DNA of 45,399 nt from Catajapyx aquilonaris (taxonomy: Eukaryota). The position numbers and the translations under genes were made by a program. The stretch's first letter is position 1; the number at the start of each line of letters is the position of its first letter. Positions 1 to 12,700 of the stretch are shown here, one piece after another. The stretch covers positions 1-45,399 of the forward strand of contig KZ538833.1 in the NCBI GenBank assembly GCA_000934665.2, read 5' to 3'. The notes beneath the pieces were generated by a model that saw only the letters and a list, made by a program, of their open reading frames with translations, was not told the origin of the DNA and made no database searches.

Positions 1-178
1 ACTATTGAAAATTCTGCCATAAGGGCCCATGTTAAATCGCGAACTTCTGAGCCCTCCAGTTCGCTAATTTGCACGGTGACGTGTATTTTTCTTTGCGACA
101 TTGATAAGAGAACACAAAACTGCGTAACATGTTTTTTTCATAAAATTCTCATTGAGTGACTCTAGCTTCATTTCCACC
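1..178 (+). mobile_element. Right end of a Kolobok-like non-autonomous DNA transposon (same family as 1206-2243)
   Basis: Near-identical to 2064-2243; ends GCTTCATTTCCACC followed by TTAA. Confidence 0.75.
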
Positions 179-317
179 TTAAAAACATCGCCAAACACGC
201 GATCCACAGTATGTAGTAATGGGTTTTTTGAAGTTCCAAATTACGTTACTTTGTTGGCATTGTTGCCGCTGTGACTTTGCTTAGTAATGACAACACTGAT
301 GGTGTTATTGTTATTTG

Positions 318-377
<60 letters not shown>

Positions 378-378
378 A
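318..378. repeat. (CAT)n microsatellite, about 20 units; tail of the adjacent SINE
   Basis: Directly visible. Confidence 0.95.
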
Positions 379-670
379 TAGAGAGTCGATAGAGTTTCGT
401 CGATTAGTAGGCTGTTCCAGTTTATAGTGTACATTGTGACACGGGCAGGATGACAGGAGGGGATGTGCAAGGTGCAGTGCAATGTCGTAGCTGTGGTCAT
501 TTCGTGAACTCCCCCGGGTGGTTTGTCTTAACGGAAATACCACCCGAGACGAAGCCAGAGATGACCCCGAACTCTGCACGAGATGAAGGGGGTGTCCCCG
601 GGCTGGGATCGAGCCCGGGACCTTAACATCCGTGGGCGCGTGCGTTACCGCAGCACCACTCCGCCTCCCC
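379..670 (-). mobile_element. tRNA-derived SINE
   Basis: Minus strand begins GGGGAGGCGGAGTGGTGCTGCGG (A box) ... GGCTCGATCCC (B box) and ends in a (GAT)n tail. Confidence 0.75.
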
Positions 671-1205
671 TCAACGAAGTGACTATTTACCAGTATAAAA
701 CTATAGTATTGGTATCTTACTTGTCCATCTTCAAAACAATAGCTTAAGCTCTCATGACTACCGCGTGGGTTTCCCCACATACGGTACAGGTACCGGTACC
801 TTATTCTCGTATGTCACTTCCAAGAGACAATTATTTCTTTTGCTCCCAGCTTACTCTACTTATGTGTACCTTTCTCACTGTCAGTTTTAAAACAAGATTG
901 GCAAATCACGTGAGCGTGATTATAGTATACTTTTTTTCTCGTGGCGGCCGTCCGAGGACGCGCATCGCAAACATGTCCAACGTCAGGAATTAATTGCACA
1001 GCCCCTACGCCAGAGCGCCAGCCGCCAAGTAAAACCCTGGTTAATTCAGCGACACACATGGTCAGGAATCCAGAGAAACTAATTTCGAACTCAACGATAG
1101 GCCCCTAGCCTGCCCGTAAAAGTAGCCTATTACTTGTGCGGATAGAGTGTACCCGGAAAACCGGAAGTGGCGGGTCACCGGAAGTTGGCCATGATACCTA
1201 TTTAA

Positions 1206-2243
1206 GGTGGAAATGAAGCGACTTGCTAATCAAATGAGAGTCTAGAATTGGAATGTTAATAAGAAGGGCTAAAATCAGGGAAACATACGCAACCGATGCA
1301 GGAGTAAATGCTGTTCAATCCTATGCATTCCATTCGAATCTGCGTTTTAAACTCGATTTAATATGGGTCTATTACCGGCTGCAAGTTTTTGTGCGCAGGC
1401 GCCATTTTCACGACTGCCAACTTAAACATGGTATTTGGAGGTGTGCTTAATATTTTTTATTTTTGATGGAAATCGATTTAATCCGGTCGTAATTACGAGG
1501 TCCCAATTTGTCATGGCATTTTTAAAAGTTCAGTTCCGAAAGGGGAGCCTGTAGCTCTTCATTTGTGTCGGATTTGGAACACGTTCAGTTGGTACGCGGG
1601 TGACAGATAGAAGCGGCAACGCAGCAAAGGTGCGGGCCAATTATCGCGTAGCAATGTGACGTCATTGCCGGGTGGATTCGAATGATTCGATTATTATATT
1701 ATAATTATAACTATATAAACTAATATAACGGTTCTGACGTCTGACAAACACCCCCGCCAAACGAAAATCCTGTGTGAGCCATTGTGAAAACCGTCATACC
1801 TGATCATACTAACTTGCACTCATATTTCGCGGTCGTATGCAACCGTATCTCGCTTCCGTAAACAACGCTAATAATGTTGCCACGTCCTCACTCGAGTGTA
1901 GCAATGTGACGTCACTGGATCATTTTCAGATCGTTTTTCAGCAATACAAATCGAAAGAGCACGGTGAGGTAGGTTTTTCTTTTTGCGGTTACGATCAGTA
2001 TATAATTCCCGACATATTCCACATTAAATTTTAAAATTCTCATTTGCTTATCATTTTTTGTGGACTATTGAAAATTCTGCCATAAGGGCCCATGTTAAAT
2101 CGCGAACTTCTGAGCCCTCTAGTTCGCTAATTTGCACGGTGACGTGTATTTTTCTTTGCACCATTGATAAGAGGACACAAAACTGCGTAACATATGTTTT
2201 TTTCATAAAATTCTCATTGAGTGACTCTAGCTTCATTTCCACC
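1206..2243 (+). mobile_element. Non-autonomous DNA transposon with TTAA TSD, Kolobok-like
   Basis: Perfect 14-bp TIR GGTGGAAATGAAGC; TTAA at 1202-1205 and 2244-2247; RR..YY termini rather than piggyBac CCC; no ORF. Confidence 0.75.
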
Positions 2244-2249
2244 TTAAGG

Positions 2250-2545
2250 TCAAGCGTAATACGAATATGAAAACAGTTTGTCGCTATATTTTGCGGTTGA
2301 GGCCCTGATACCTGTCCACATACCGGTATGGACGGGCGAACCAAAGGGGAGGTAACCATTCACCAAAAACGTGTACACCAGTTCCTGGAACCGGGTGGTT
2401 CCAAGCCGGTTCCAAGCCGGTTCTAGCCCGGTTCCAGAGGGACCCTGTACACCGGTTCCACGAAGTGGTTACCCCCTCGGAACGGACGGACAGACAGAGC
2501 CTTTCTATAAGACTCTTTTTCGACGATGAGAAAGAGTCTAAAATC
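2250..2545 (-). mobile_element. Helentron/DINE-1-like non-autonomous element end
   Basis: T-tract, then hairpin AGACTCTTT..AAAGAGTCT, then CTGT/CCGT microsatellite on the minus strand; short GGTTCC repeats. Confidence 0.45.
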
Positions 2546-2973
2546 AACTCAACTATTGCAAATACTGTACCGTACATATTATTCTCTAAACTGAAATTAG
2601 AATTAAATATGATTATAGCATCAGCATAATTATGTGATACTTTGATTAGATTGTTAAGTTTGTTTATTTGATTGTTTGATTTTTTTAAATCCCGTCTAGT
2701 CTGTCATTCATAATTAAATTCCATAACACACGAGTAGTTGTTGAATTCTTTGGGATTACTCGTGTGCAGAAAAAGTTATGCACGCAGTTAAGACGTTTGA
2801 ATTTAATGTCAGTTTTACTTTAAAAATTCAGCTTTTAACTAACAATTCACGCGGAGAAGAAAAAAAGGCCGAAACGCACTAATAACTTCTGAACCACAAT
2901 TTAAAATAATTTACTACTGCTTCAAGAGCACGTGACTTTTACTGAGCCGGTTCGAAACAAGTAAAAAATTTAA

Positions 2974-3233
2974 CCCTTAACTACATAGTATCATGGGGTC
3001 TTTTTTGACCCCAAGCTTACGAGAATTAACAGTGTCAAGTTACTGATTAATTAAAAGCCAAATGCCTTTGTGTATTCCTCAAACATATATTTGCCTATGT
3101 GTTAATGTCTTTGAAGGGGGGGGGGGAATCAGGGTCCTCAAAAAACACCTGTAATCACGGTGCATCTGGGGTAAAAAAAGACTCCCATGATACTAGTTAC
3201 GTCGCCATTTACATCCATGATACTAATTAAGGG
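2974..3233. mobile_element. piggyBac-like MITE
   Basis: TTAA-CCCTTAA...TTAAGGG-TTAA; inverted TAGTATCATGG subterminal motifs. Confidence 0.75.
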
Positions 3234-3728
3234 TTAAGTAGAAAAGCATAAATATATAAAGCACAACTTATAAATATCATCATGATTCTATGATGCATAT
3301 TTCCAAGTTAGACTTTAAAATATTCTTACCCTCCGGTATTAAGGGTAAGCAGTAAATTCGTGTGTTTTACCGTGCCGTAATCATTTTTAATTCCAAAAAA
3401 ATTAAAATTATCGCAAGAAATTATTAGGAAATTGAATCCTTGGCCATCAATATTTACCGCAATCAATCGAATTACATCATCGTGCTCCAACAATACCCCT
3501 ACAACATTTTGTGCCCCCCCCCNCGTTTCAATTAGTCAACAAACGGAGAATCCGTAAGACCTTGAGCAGAACACCCCATATCCCCCTCATCCTGGCCAGT
3601 AGTCGTCCTGGCCAACATGCAATTGGGCCAGGTTGCCACCGGCCCAGGATGAACCCAAAATGCCCCAAGGCTATTCTGGCACCGGTTGGCCATATAGGTA
3701 AGAGGCCGTTCACTCCTATGTCTAAACT

Positions 3729-3799
3729 TACTGCTCGGCAGGCTCCGGCCGGAGATTGCTTTCAGTCGATTGAAGGCCAGTTCCACTCACCGCGCAGTT
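3729..3799 (-). CDS. Tentative STARD9-like exon 12 ([23 protein letters not shown])
   Basis: Strong pyrimidine tract plus ttacag at 3800. In-frame TAA at 3731-3729 overlaps a gtaagt donor, and a second donor gtgagt at 3790 would give a 9-nt microexon. Confidence 0.4.
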
Positions 3800-6700
3800 C
3801 TGTAAAGAAAGGAAAGTCAGACCTAGGCCTAATGTGATCTTATCTGCTCAATCACGTGCTGAGCAAATAGACACGGTGTACCAGTCAACCGTCCTAATGA
3901 GGGTTCTCGAAGCATGTACCATGTACACGCATCTGGGTTAATACCGGCCTTATTGCTTACTAAAAAGAACGATGGTACGCACCGGGTTGGTCATGTCGGA
4001 TGGGGTTTGCCACCTGAGAAGCCAGTGTCTTGTCAGCTCTTTGGCTTGCTGCTCGTTAGTGGACAGCCAGTTCCAGACGGCGGCACCGTTTGGACCCAGT
4101 TGTTTCAGGTTTCCGTTCTGAAACCATATTGTGGTTGGATCAATTGCACCCTGTAGTTTGACAGATGAATGTACCAGGTGAAGAGAAGCCAGTAGGGCTC
4201 GGAGTCGGGCGACTTCACCTCTCAGCTCTCGGATTAGCTTCACCTGTGGGTCTTCGTTGACCACAGGCTGGTTGATAATACACTTGGCCCTCTGGCCGAA
4301 CCGCAGGGTGCTTAGGGTCTCGCCATAACATGTGCTCGAAGGCGACACAGCTAGGAATAATTACGTCAATTATGTACTCCACTATTGTATTTAAAATGTA
4401 GCCTGGCTCTATGTACACCAGAGTCAGGCGCTCCAAGTTCACTGTAAAACCAGTAATTTGTCTGTTCCATCGCGAATATACCTGTCATAATTTTCACGTA
4501 CTCCACAGTACAATAGAGTTGAAGCAGAGACCTCACCGGTTGTACACTGAACTCGTGAAAAATGGTATGTCCCTATCTTTTTACTCGCGACTGTTCTTTA
4601 ATCCAACTTACTAGCTATCATAATAGTTTTGGCATTTCCTCCTAGAGAATCCCGCAGGAGCCAGGTCAGCACAGAATCTCTGTAGGGCACGAAAGGGGTG
4701 CGAGAAGGGCGTCTGGGAGAGGTGACCGGGGATGTCGTTGAGGCCTCTGAGTTGTGGTTCCAATCCCCAGACAGGCTTCCACTGCTGCTGTGACTTAGAC
4801 CACGTTCGGCTGAAATGCCCCGGAGTTAAACAATAGACGTATATATGGGTTCACACGGGTGTCGTTTGGTCGTTCGGTTAGAATCCACCAACGAGCGCAA
4901 ACCGCGCTGATTGTTAGATCCCAAAACACAACGACCCAACGACGTCCGCGTGAACCAGGATGAATGTTGGGCAGTTTTCCAAATTATTTCAGAGTATTCG
5001 TACCCAAGGCGGAGATAACGTTTCCCAAAGTGACTAGAGATCTGTTGATGCTGGCACCTTCTGTTAGTCTTTGGCGGCTGCGGTCGCTGCTGGATCTTTC
5101 GCTGATAGGGTGATATGAGAAAGGAAAAAAAAAATCGGGGTTGGTTTAGAATGCTATTACAGACGGAGAAATCGCCTCCATAGCGGCTGATTTTCATTCG
5201 GAAGGATTAATTACAGATATAAAGAAAGCTCTATGTCAGTCAAGACGTTTATCTGCTGAACGGTTTGTCGTGCCTTTTCAACATCTAGTTGATCTTGGGT
5301 ATACAGTGTGACGTAGCATTCAGCGAGTGGGTATCGTTAGAGGTGAGATCACACACCCTGTTAGTAAACTGACAGGTTGTTTTTACTGACTGTGAGAAAA
5401 AGAATAGTGGATATGTTGGACTGCAATCTATAGTCGCTACACGATAACGGTTTACCTGGACTGTTTCAAGTATGAACTTTTAAATAACTCATCAGGCATG
5501 AACATGTCTATACTGGTGGATCCCAATAACGTATATGGAACATATCGCAATCACAGTTTCCATAATCTCTAGGTCCAGAGTTATCATGTGCCTACTCTAG
5601 TAGCGATGCTATCTGTTACTGAGAAGCAGTTATCTCACCACTTCTAAAACTATCGCTTCATCTTATCAACATATTTTCACGTGCTCTAAAATTGAGTACC
5701 GATAATAAGTTTCGCACCATGACATTTCAATCTCACTCTACCACTCACAATGAAACTGACCTTCCGGCAAGATCGACAAGGTGTAGTCGGCAGGCCACTT
5801 CGGAGGGCAGGTCGTCGTGGTCTAATCGTGCTTGGGTGATCTTGACCTCGAAGAGGGCATGGCTCCGGCTGCTTCGCCCATTGGTGGCAGTAGAGGCCAC
5901 CGCTCTCCTCTCATTGCCCTTCTCCAAGAGTTCAGATAGGCTGATGGCGTCGCGCACTTCTTTATGACTTAGATCTGCATTGACAAGCAAAAAAAAGCAT
6001 CATCACTTGCACCTGCAACTAGCTGCCTCCTGTGGTTACCTTGGACGTATGGGCCCAGTTTAGGATGCTCTCTGACCCTCAGAAAGTACCTCCTGGGTTC
6101 TGACCCCGAGGGTCGCAGCAAATCCCGCACCCTTTCGTTGTATATCTCCAAGTAGCTGTAAGATATTCAGAATATTGTCAATATTTGCAGAGATTTCAGG
6201 AGTCAAGTCGATTTAGCGATAAGTGTTCATTCACAAGTGAATCACTTGTCAGATAACGCATTATGGGATGAGCCAGGCTGTTTGGTTAGGGTAGGTTGTC
6301 AGATACCTCTGTCATCAGGATCACCTACCTGCTAATCTGTCATAAAGATAGCGGACTAAAACACAGACGTTCTGATTCACTCAACTATCTGATAGTTACT
6401 GCGATATTGCCTAGAGAGTATCACACTTTTTTCTCCCCTTCCTGAAAGGCAGTTGTCAGTGTATAGTCATCAGGTCTAGGGTGCTCAGGGCCTGCGCAAA
6501 CAGTGTCGGAAGGGTCATTACCAGTCTTTATGGGGGGTCTTGTGCCACTCAAACTCCGGAATCCCAAACTTGCTTTGTCCCCCCTTTCCCCCCAGCCATT
6601 CCCTGGGTCGTTATCTCATTAATCATGCGCCTGATAGGCTAGTCACTAAATGGTGGTGCCATGGCAAAGATCTATTGGCCAATTCAGGATATTCATTTCT

Positions 6701-9700
6701 ATGACTGATGAAGCAAGGTTGCCCGAATTATCTGAAAGGGAGCTGTGTCGTAACATTTTCCAATCGTACAAGTGCGCGGCAATGATGAGGGTGCTTGGCA
6801 CTCGCCCTCCAGGCCCAGCATTTGACCAAAAACTTGAGAAAGGACAACAACCGATTCTCAAATGACACTCTCTGGAAGCACGGCATATTGACACTGATTT
6901 ATTGATATATGGGAAGTTCAAAATGTAAAGGGAAATTAGGGCTATTGGTCAGGAAATGGGCGGGCAATTGCATCAGACTCTCAATTCATTAATAAAATCA
7001 TATGGGCTTTCTCTTAATTTTCATTATTTTATATTAATAAATACAGTTTATATTGCAGTTCCCTGCAACTTAGAACGCTTGTTCTGGTCATCACTGGATA
7101 TTCAGAGCTAAATTGATGTTCATTCGAAGGCAACATCATGGACACATAATTTGTAGTAAGGCTAATTCCATTGTTGGCAACAGGGCGCGTCATTTCCTCG
7201 TACCCAAGTACGCAAATCGCCGCAGAAATCAATATTCCAGATGATGGCATTGTAATTACCTCCATATTATAAGGAAAATGAACCAAATCCGGGTTCCGTT
7301 AATAGCCTGAGTTATTCCCACGAGTCAGGTAAGCCTACCGACAACGTCAGAAGATTTTCTAATACTCGTCCCGAGGCAATTAAGCATCAATTTTATTTTA
7401 CTCACAAATTTGGATTGGTGTTAGCTCGAATCACGTAGAAAGGAAGGTCAAGGATGGATTGAAAGCTGAGGTATTTAATCGGCATCAGGTAACGTTTCAT
7501 GTACGGTGCAGGTGTAAGTGACGTAGTTTGTAAGTGGATTGGGGAGAATCCGAGTAGCGTCGGACTTAATGGAGAAACTTTCTGATGGGTTTGGTAGAGG
7601 AGAGCTTTGCGTGGCTCGGTGGAAGGAAAGCACTGTCACGATTGTAGGACTATTTGCCAAGGGCAAGGTTTTATAGCCGCACTTGATCCACTCGCCTTAT
7701 ATAACATCCATTTGACAAACCGATTTGCGACCCTACAAGCTATAATTTTCTCTCTTATTGCCTGAGAAGCTGGCTCTTGTAGGTAGGCTTGGCATAGAAT
7801 TTTTAAACTACCTGGGTATGTTCCTGGACAGAAAGGATAATGACCAATATTATCAAAATAAATAAAAACATATCAGTTAACAGAAATATTCCCCTTGACA
7901 ATTATTATTTTCCACTTTTATTAACTACAGTATATTCTATCGGTAATTTTTATTGCAAGAAAAGTCGAACATTTCAACATCTCAAAGGACAGTGGTATCT
8001 GGTATAAGAACATACAATGTATCTACTGGATAGAAGTTTTTGTTATGGCGGGATATACCGGTACTGTAATATTATTGCACATACGAGTATGCCCCTGTAT
8101 GTTGAGGTTATACAATATGACCACCACAAAAGGTGGCATATACTGTATACAATCAACGTACAGTGACGGTGGACCTTGTGGGAAGATATAGGCACGTGAA
8201 TGCCAGACATTATCACCACTGCTGTCTAGCCATCAATCCCCCTCTGGTGCGTCTATTTCCTCTCAAGGTGCGGAAATAGACGTACGGGTCTAACCGTTAC
8301 TACATGTTGGTAACGAGAGGTGCTTTATGAAAACTCTCTTCGGCTGCAGTCAATGCCCAGTAGTATAACGGCACCAAGAGATTTTCTCAAATTCATTTTT
8401 CGTGACACCGCACTAGACATCACATCGAGTCCACTCTCCCATGTAGTCACTGTATGAACCTTCGCAGTGATTATCGGAAGATAACTATGCGGCTCAGTAA
8501 ATAGGAGAAGTATCAGTTATGCACCACAATTTTCAGATAATCTGCTTTATGCCATATTTCCGGATCCAAAGATGTCTTGTGTACCGTAGGCTACTTTACT
8601 TCCAATTAAAGGGCCTCGTTACAGCCTAGTGTTCGAGAGTGAGCACTTCCACATTGTAATGTTACTCGTACGTCTGAAGAGGCACACTCTGTCACGCCAA
8701 GCTTTTCCTCCAATAATAATTTATGATAATAAGCTTGCCTTTTAAGTACTTGCTGGAGAAATACGCCCATATCGCCATGATGCTCCAAATCTTTTAACAA
8801 CACTAGGGCCATTGTTCCTTAAGTGTTTTTTTGTGTGGAAGTTCCCCTTACTATCCAGAAAGGGCTCGTCACATTGAAATGCCAACACTCGCTGGATGTT
8901 AACATTTCTAATACAAAATAAACCTAATAATACGCAATATCGAAGTCATATTATTTTGTGCCTATATTAACACGAAGCTTTTAAACAACGGTTTCCTGTT
9001 TATTACATTTTTCGACAATTGAAAACGAAAAGGAGAACATGAAAGAGGCCATTCCGTGGGAAGCTCAAAAGAAGGGTAATAATAGTCATGTCAACAACGA
9101 CAGTCCCAGCTACTCATGGACTTTTATCAGGAAAGGGAAGTCCCCACAATCCCTCAACACATTAGACATCCATACTTCAGTTATGAATAACTGCTGCAGA
9201 GATTCGACTTGCTCGATTACATACCGGTAAGTGATAACATTTGCACTAAGAGGCTTTGCAATTATTATTGTGTAGATCCTATACTGTATATACGAACATT
9301 TTTTATAACGTATATCTGGAACTGCCACAATGATTGAAGTTTGTTGAGGGCATCAATTTTAGTATTTCTATAGTTACATAATTAGTGTCATAATTAGCGA
9401 TATTCTCAGGTCGTCTCATTGTTTAGCACTTTCTTCAGAATATACTATGTAGAGCTCATATAGTCAGCCACCATTTGTTGGTCAATTATTGTGTGTCAGC
9501 CAACTCTTCAACTGTCGGCCAAGTGGTTGCCTCTCAAAATGTGTCAGTCACGTGTCCCTCAATCAAGCCATGCAAGATGCCAGCTAAGTGACCCGTGACC
9601 GCTTTCACTCTCATTCTTGCTGTGTAACGCAAAAATACGACGAATTAAATCCCATCATACAAAGTGTTTCAACTCAGCTTATTAACCTGTCAAAATGTTA

Positions 9701-12700
9701 GAACAAGCCTGCTAGTTACTCTCTAACAGAAAAATAGTACCTTCTAATATTAGAATGAATGGAAACATGAGCTGAGACACTTGGAATGACCCAGTTGGAC
9801 CATTGGCAACCAAAGTCAAGGGTTTATATCCAGGTCAGCCTCCCTGCAGTGGTCAACATGACCCAGTAAATATTGATTCTGTTTCATCTCTCATACCACT
9901 GCACATAGCAGCATGCTGCATACTTTGGGAACAATTTCTGTTCCAAATCTGTGGTCCTATACCCAGAAGGAAGCCCATTGACATCAACTCCAAAAGCACG
10001 GTCCATTGATCGATTTCCAAGGCCATATAGTTGGAAGGCAGGTGGGGGAGAACAATAATTCGGGTTTTTGCCAAGCGATCGTTTCCGCTCGGAAATTGCC
10101 CCGTGTCTACAACCCTCTATTTTCCCAGGGGTCACATGTCATCTCTATCCAAGTCAGCGCATGCCACCTACCATTCCATCCAACCCGCCCTTTTTTCGAC
10201 CATTTGGCACCATCTACGAGCCACTCCCTCAACCTCTTCAGATCCATATGAACACAAATTCTATTAAACTTAATACAAAAAAAGTATACTTCTTCTTACT
10301 TTGTATAGATAGGCCCAGTTTTACGATTTTTGTGCCCAATTCGGGTGAATGCACCCTTGGCATATAATAGAAGCCAGTGTCCATAACCAGATTCGGATAT
10401 TGCAATTTCGTGCTGCCGCAAAGGAGGAAGGAACCTGGGTGTAAGGGACCGTTGCTCAATTATGTAAAAAGTACCCCCGCTGCTGCTTTCCTGCTTGTCG
10501 AAGCGAAAATCTTGTCACGACGTAACACACAGCGTGGTAAAAATGAAAGTTGCAGGGCATGCATATTCATTGCGCTCTCATAACTGCAGTGCAACAATTG
10601 ACAATTTTCCCGCTGGCCCTTTTTTATGCACCTCATGATATCTCTTTAAAAAAAAATTTTTTTTTTGTTGCTGTTACATCCTAGCTAATGCCGAACAGAC
10701 ACGCGACTTGTAATCTACCATGTCGTAAATCACCACCTTTATAGTTACGAACAAGCGGCTAATCCGACTCAGCATGAAAATAAACCCCTGCATTATAATC
10801 CCATTCAAAGTCATTCATCCTTAGGCTATATTTTTACTCTAGTGTATTTTTTGCCAGATTTTTTTTTTAAGACCAGTTCTAAGCGAAGGGGTTGGAATAT
10901 GATGTTTTTCTAAGGCCACCCCCTTTAGAGTTCTAATTCACAGTCACACAAGCGAAACCCTCAGCGACACGTGCGTCCCATGTTATTCGACGGGATGGGA
11001 AACACACCGTTCGTCTATTTTGGACTTTGAAGAATTGCGACCCGGGGGGGGGGGGGGGGGCCNNNNNNNNNNNNNNNNNNNNNNNNNNNNNNNNNNNNNN
11101 NNNNNNNNNNNNNNNNNNNNNNNNNNNNNNNNNNNNNNNNNNNNNNNNNNNNNNNNNNNNNNNNNNNNNNNNNNNNNNNNNNNNNNNNNNNNCCCCCCCC
11201 CCCCTTGTTAAGTTGCCTGTTTCATTTTACAGTGCTTGTAGGCCGGATTTCACTTGGAATAATTACATGATTTGAAATGCATAATGAATAAGGTAGAAAA
11301 ATGCCTACCTGACGTCTGTCTTGAACTTGACGTTTCGGGTAGCCGTGACTTGATCCATGCGAGAGAAGAGAGCTTGGCACACACGGGGGGTCAAACCAGA
11401 ATCCTCCTGTTGACAGTATTGACAAATAGTGGGTCAATAGTGGAGAAAGTTATAATTCAGCAGATACACTATCTGATACCGTAACTTACAATATACTGTA
11501 TGACCTTGTGCCACAATCATTTGATCATTAAGACGTCCCAAATACTAGCGTGCCCATTGTTCAAGAGGGAGATACGGGATTGTTCACCCAAGCAACCAGT
11601 TTGAATAGTTGCTTTTGTATTTCTTGCAACAATCAAGGCCACATTCACACTTCTCTTGGAGTAAACAATCCGTAACACTCCTGGACTACGGACTTTTGTA
11701 ATAAGTATCATGCAGTAAAAAATTAAGTGGGAGTGCCCTTCTGTGTTTCATAATATGATATTATGACATACTAACTTGCGTTCCCATCATGGTGTGGGTT
11801 TTCCCCGATCCACTTTGACCATAAGCCAAAACACATGCGTTGTATCCTTCCAATGATGCCTCCAGCACCTTTGTCCCCAGCTCTTCGTACACCTGGAACA
11901 AAAATAATTATATTAATAAGATACGTATGGTATACCTGTCATTATTTTACGGTCAATTGTTTCAAGTGCTGTGCAGCGTCCTTGGAAGGGAGCCATAAAA
12001 CGGCCTTCCTTATTGACTTGTCTTAACTCAGGCGTGTTGGAATAGAAAAAAATTTGCTAACAGTAATTAAGTAGGTTATCACAGTTGCTGTTACTGGATC
12101 TTCACTCAAATGCCTTCTCATTTCCTGAACGCAACAAGAGCGGATTTATCACGGTTGGTAAACGTTACATTCCGACTATCAATCAACAATGCTAGAGAAG
12201 TCATAAGCGTGTTGTTGCACTGTAATTTATATTCCAACTTAGGACTTAGACAAATGTTAATTTTCCTCCGTCGCTGGTCTCAGCTTCGAGACCGGACATT
12301 ATCTGAACATTCCTGGCATTGTAGACACTGAAAGAAATGCATCATGGTTCAATAATGCACCATTTTCTCAGTGGCGAAATAATAATTGCGAGATAAGGCC
12401 AGGAATGTTCACCTAAATGTAATGCCTCCGATATACGAGACCTGAAACTGAGGAAGATGACCACTCTGCCCATTTCCCAGTTGGAACATGCAACCTGCGT
12501 GATCATCTCGCACACTCACTATCTCCTGCAAATACTGCCTGTATCCCCAACAACTTGCGCCATATTTGGCACACCTCCACCGGTAAACACCGGTGGTACT
12601 GAAAGTGCAACTAGCATGCCCACCTCCCCCTGAGTGAAACTCATATCAACACCCGACATCAACAGGCAACGGTACAGGTCCACAACCCCTGTATACCACT

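Noticed and set aside
379..670. Possible tRNA genes in A/B-box sequences here and at ~22600, ~29850 and ~36350
   Set aside because: They are followed by SINE bodies and tails, three have TSDs, and no complete cloverleaf is evident
241..780. 179-aa ORF with poly-Met
   Set aside because: Reads through a SINE and its (GAT)n tail; artefact
11041..11204. Poly-G/poly-C pair suggesting a hairpin or G-quadruplex
   Set aside because: Separated by an N gap, so the structure cannot be assessed
11774..11779. Possible non-canonical GC donor (gcaagt) after kinesin exon 4
   Set aside because: The GT donor at 11775 gives the phase 0 required by exon 5
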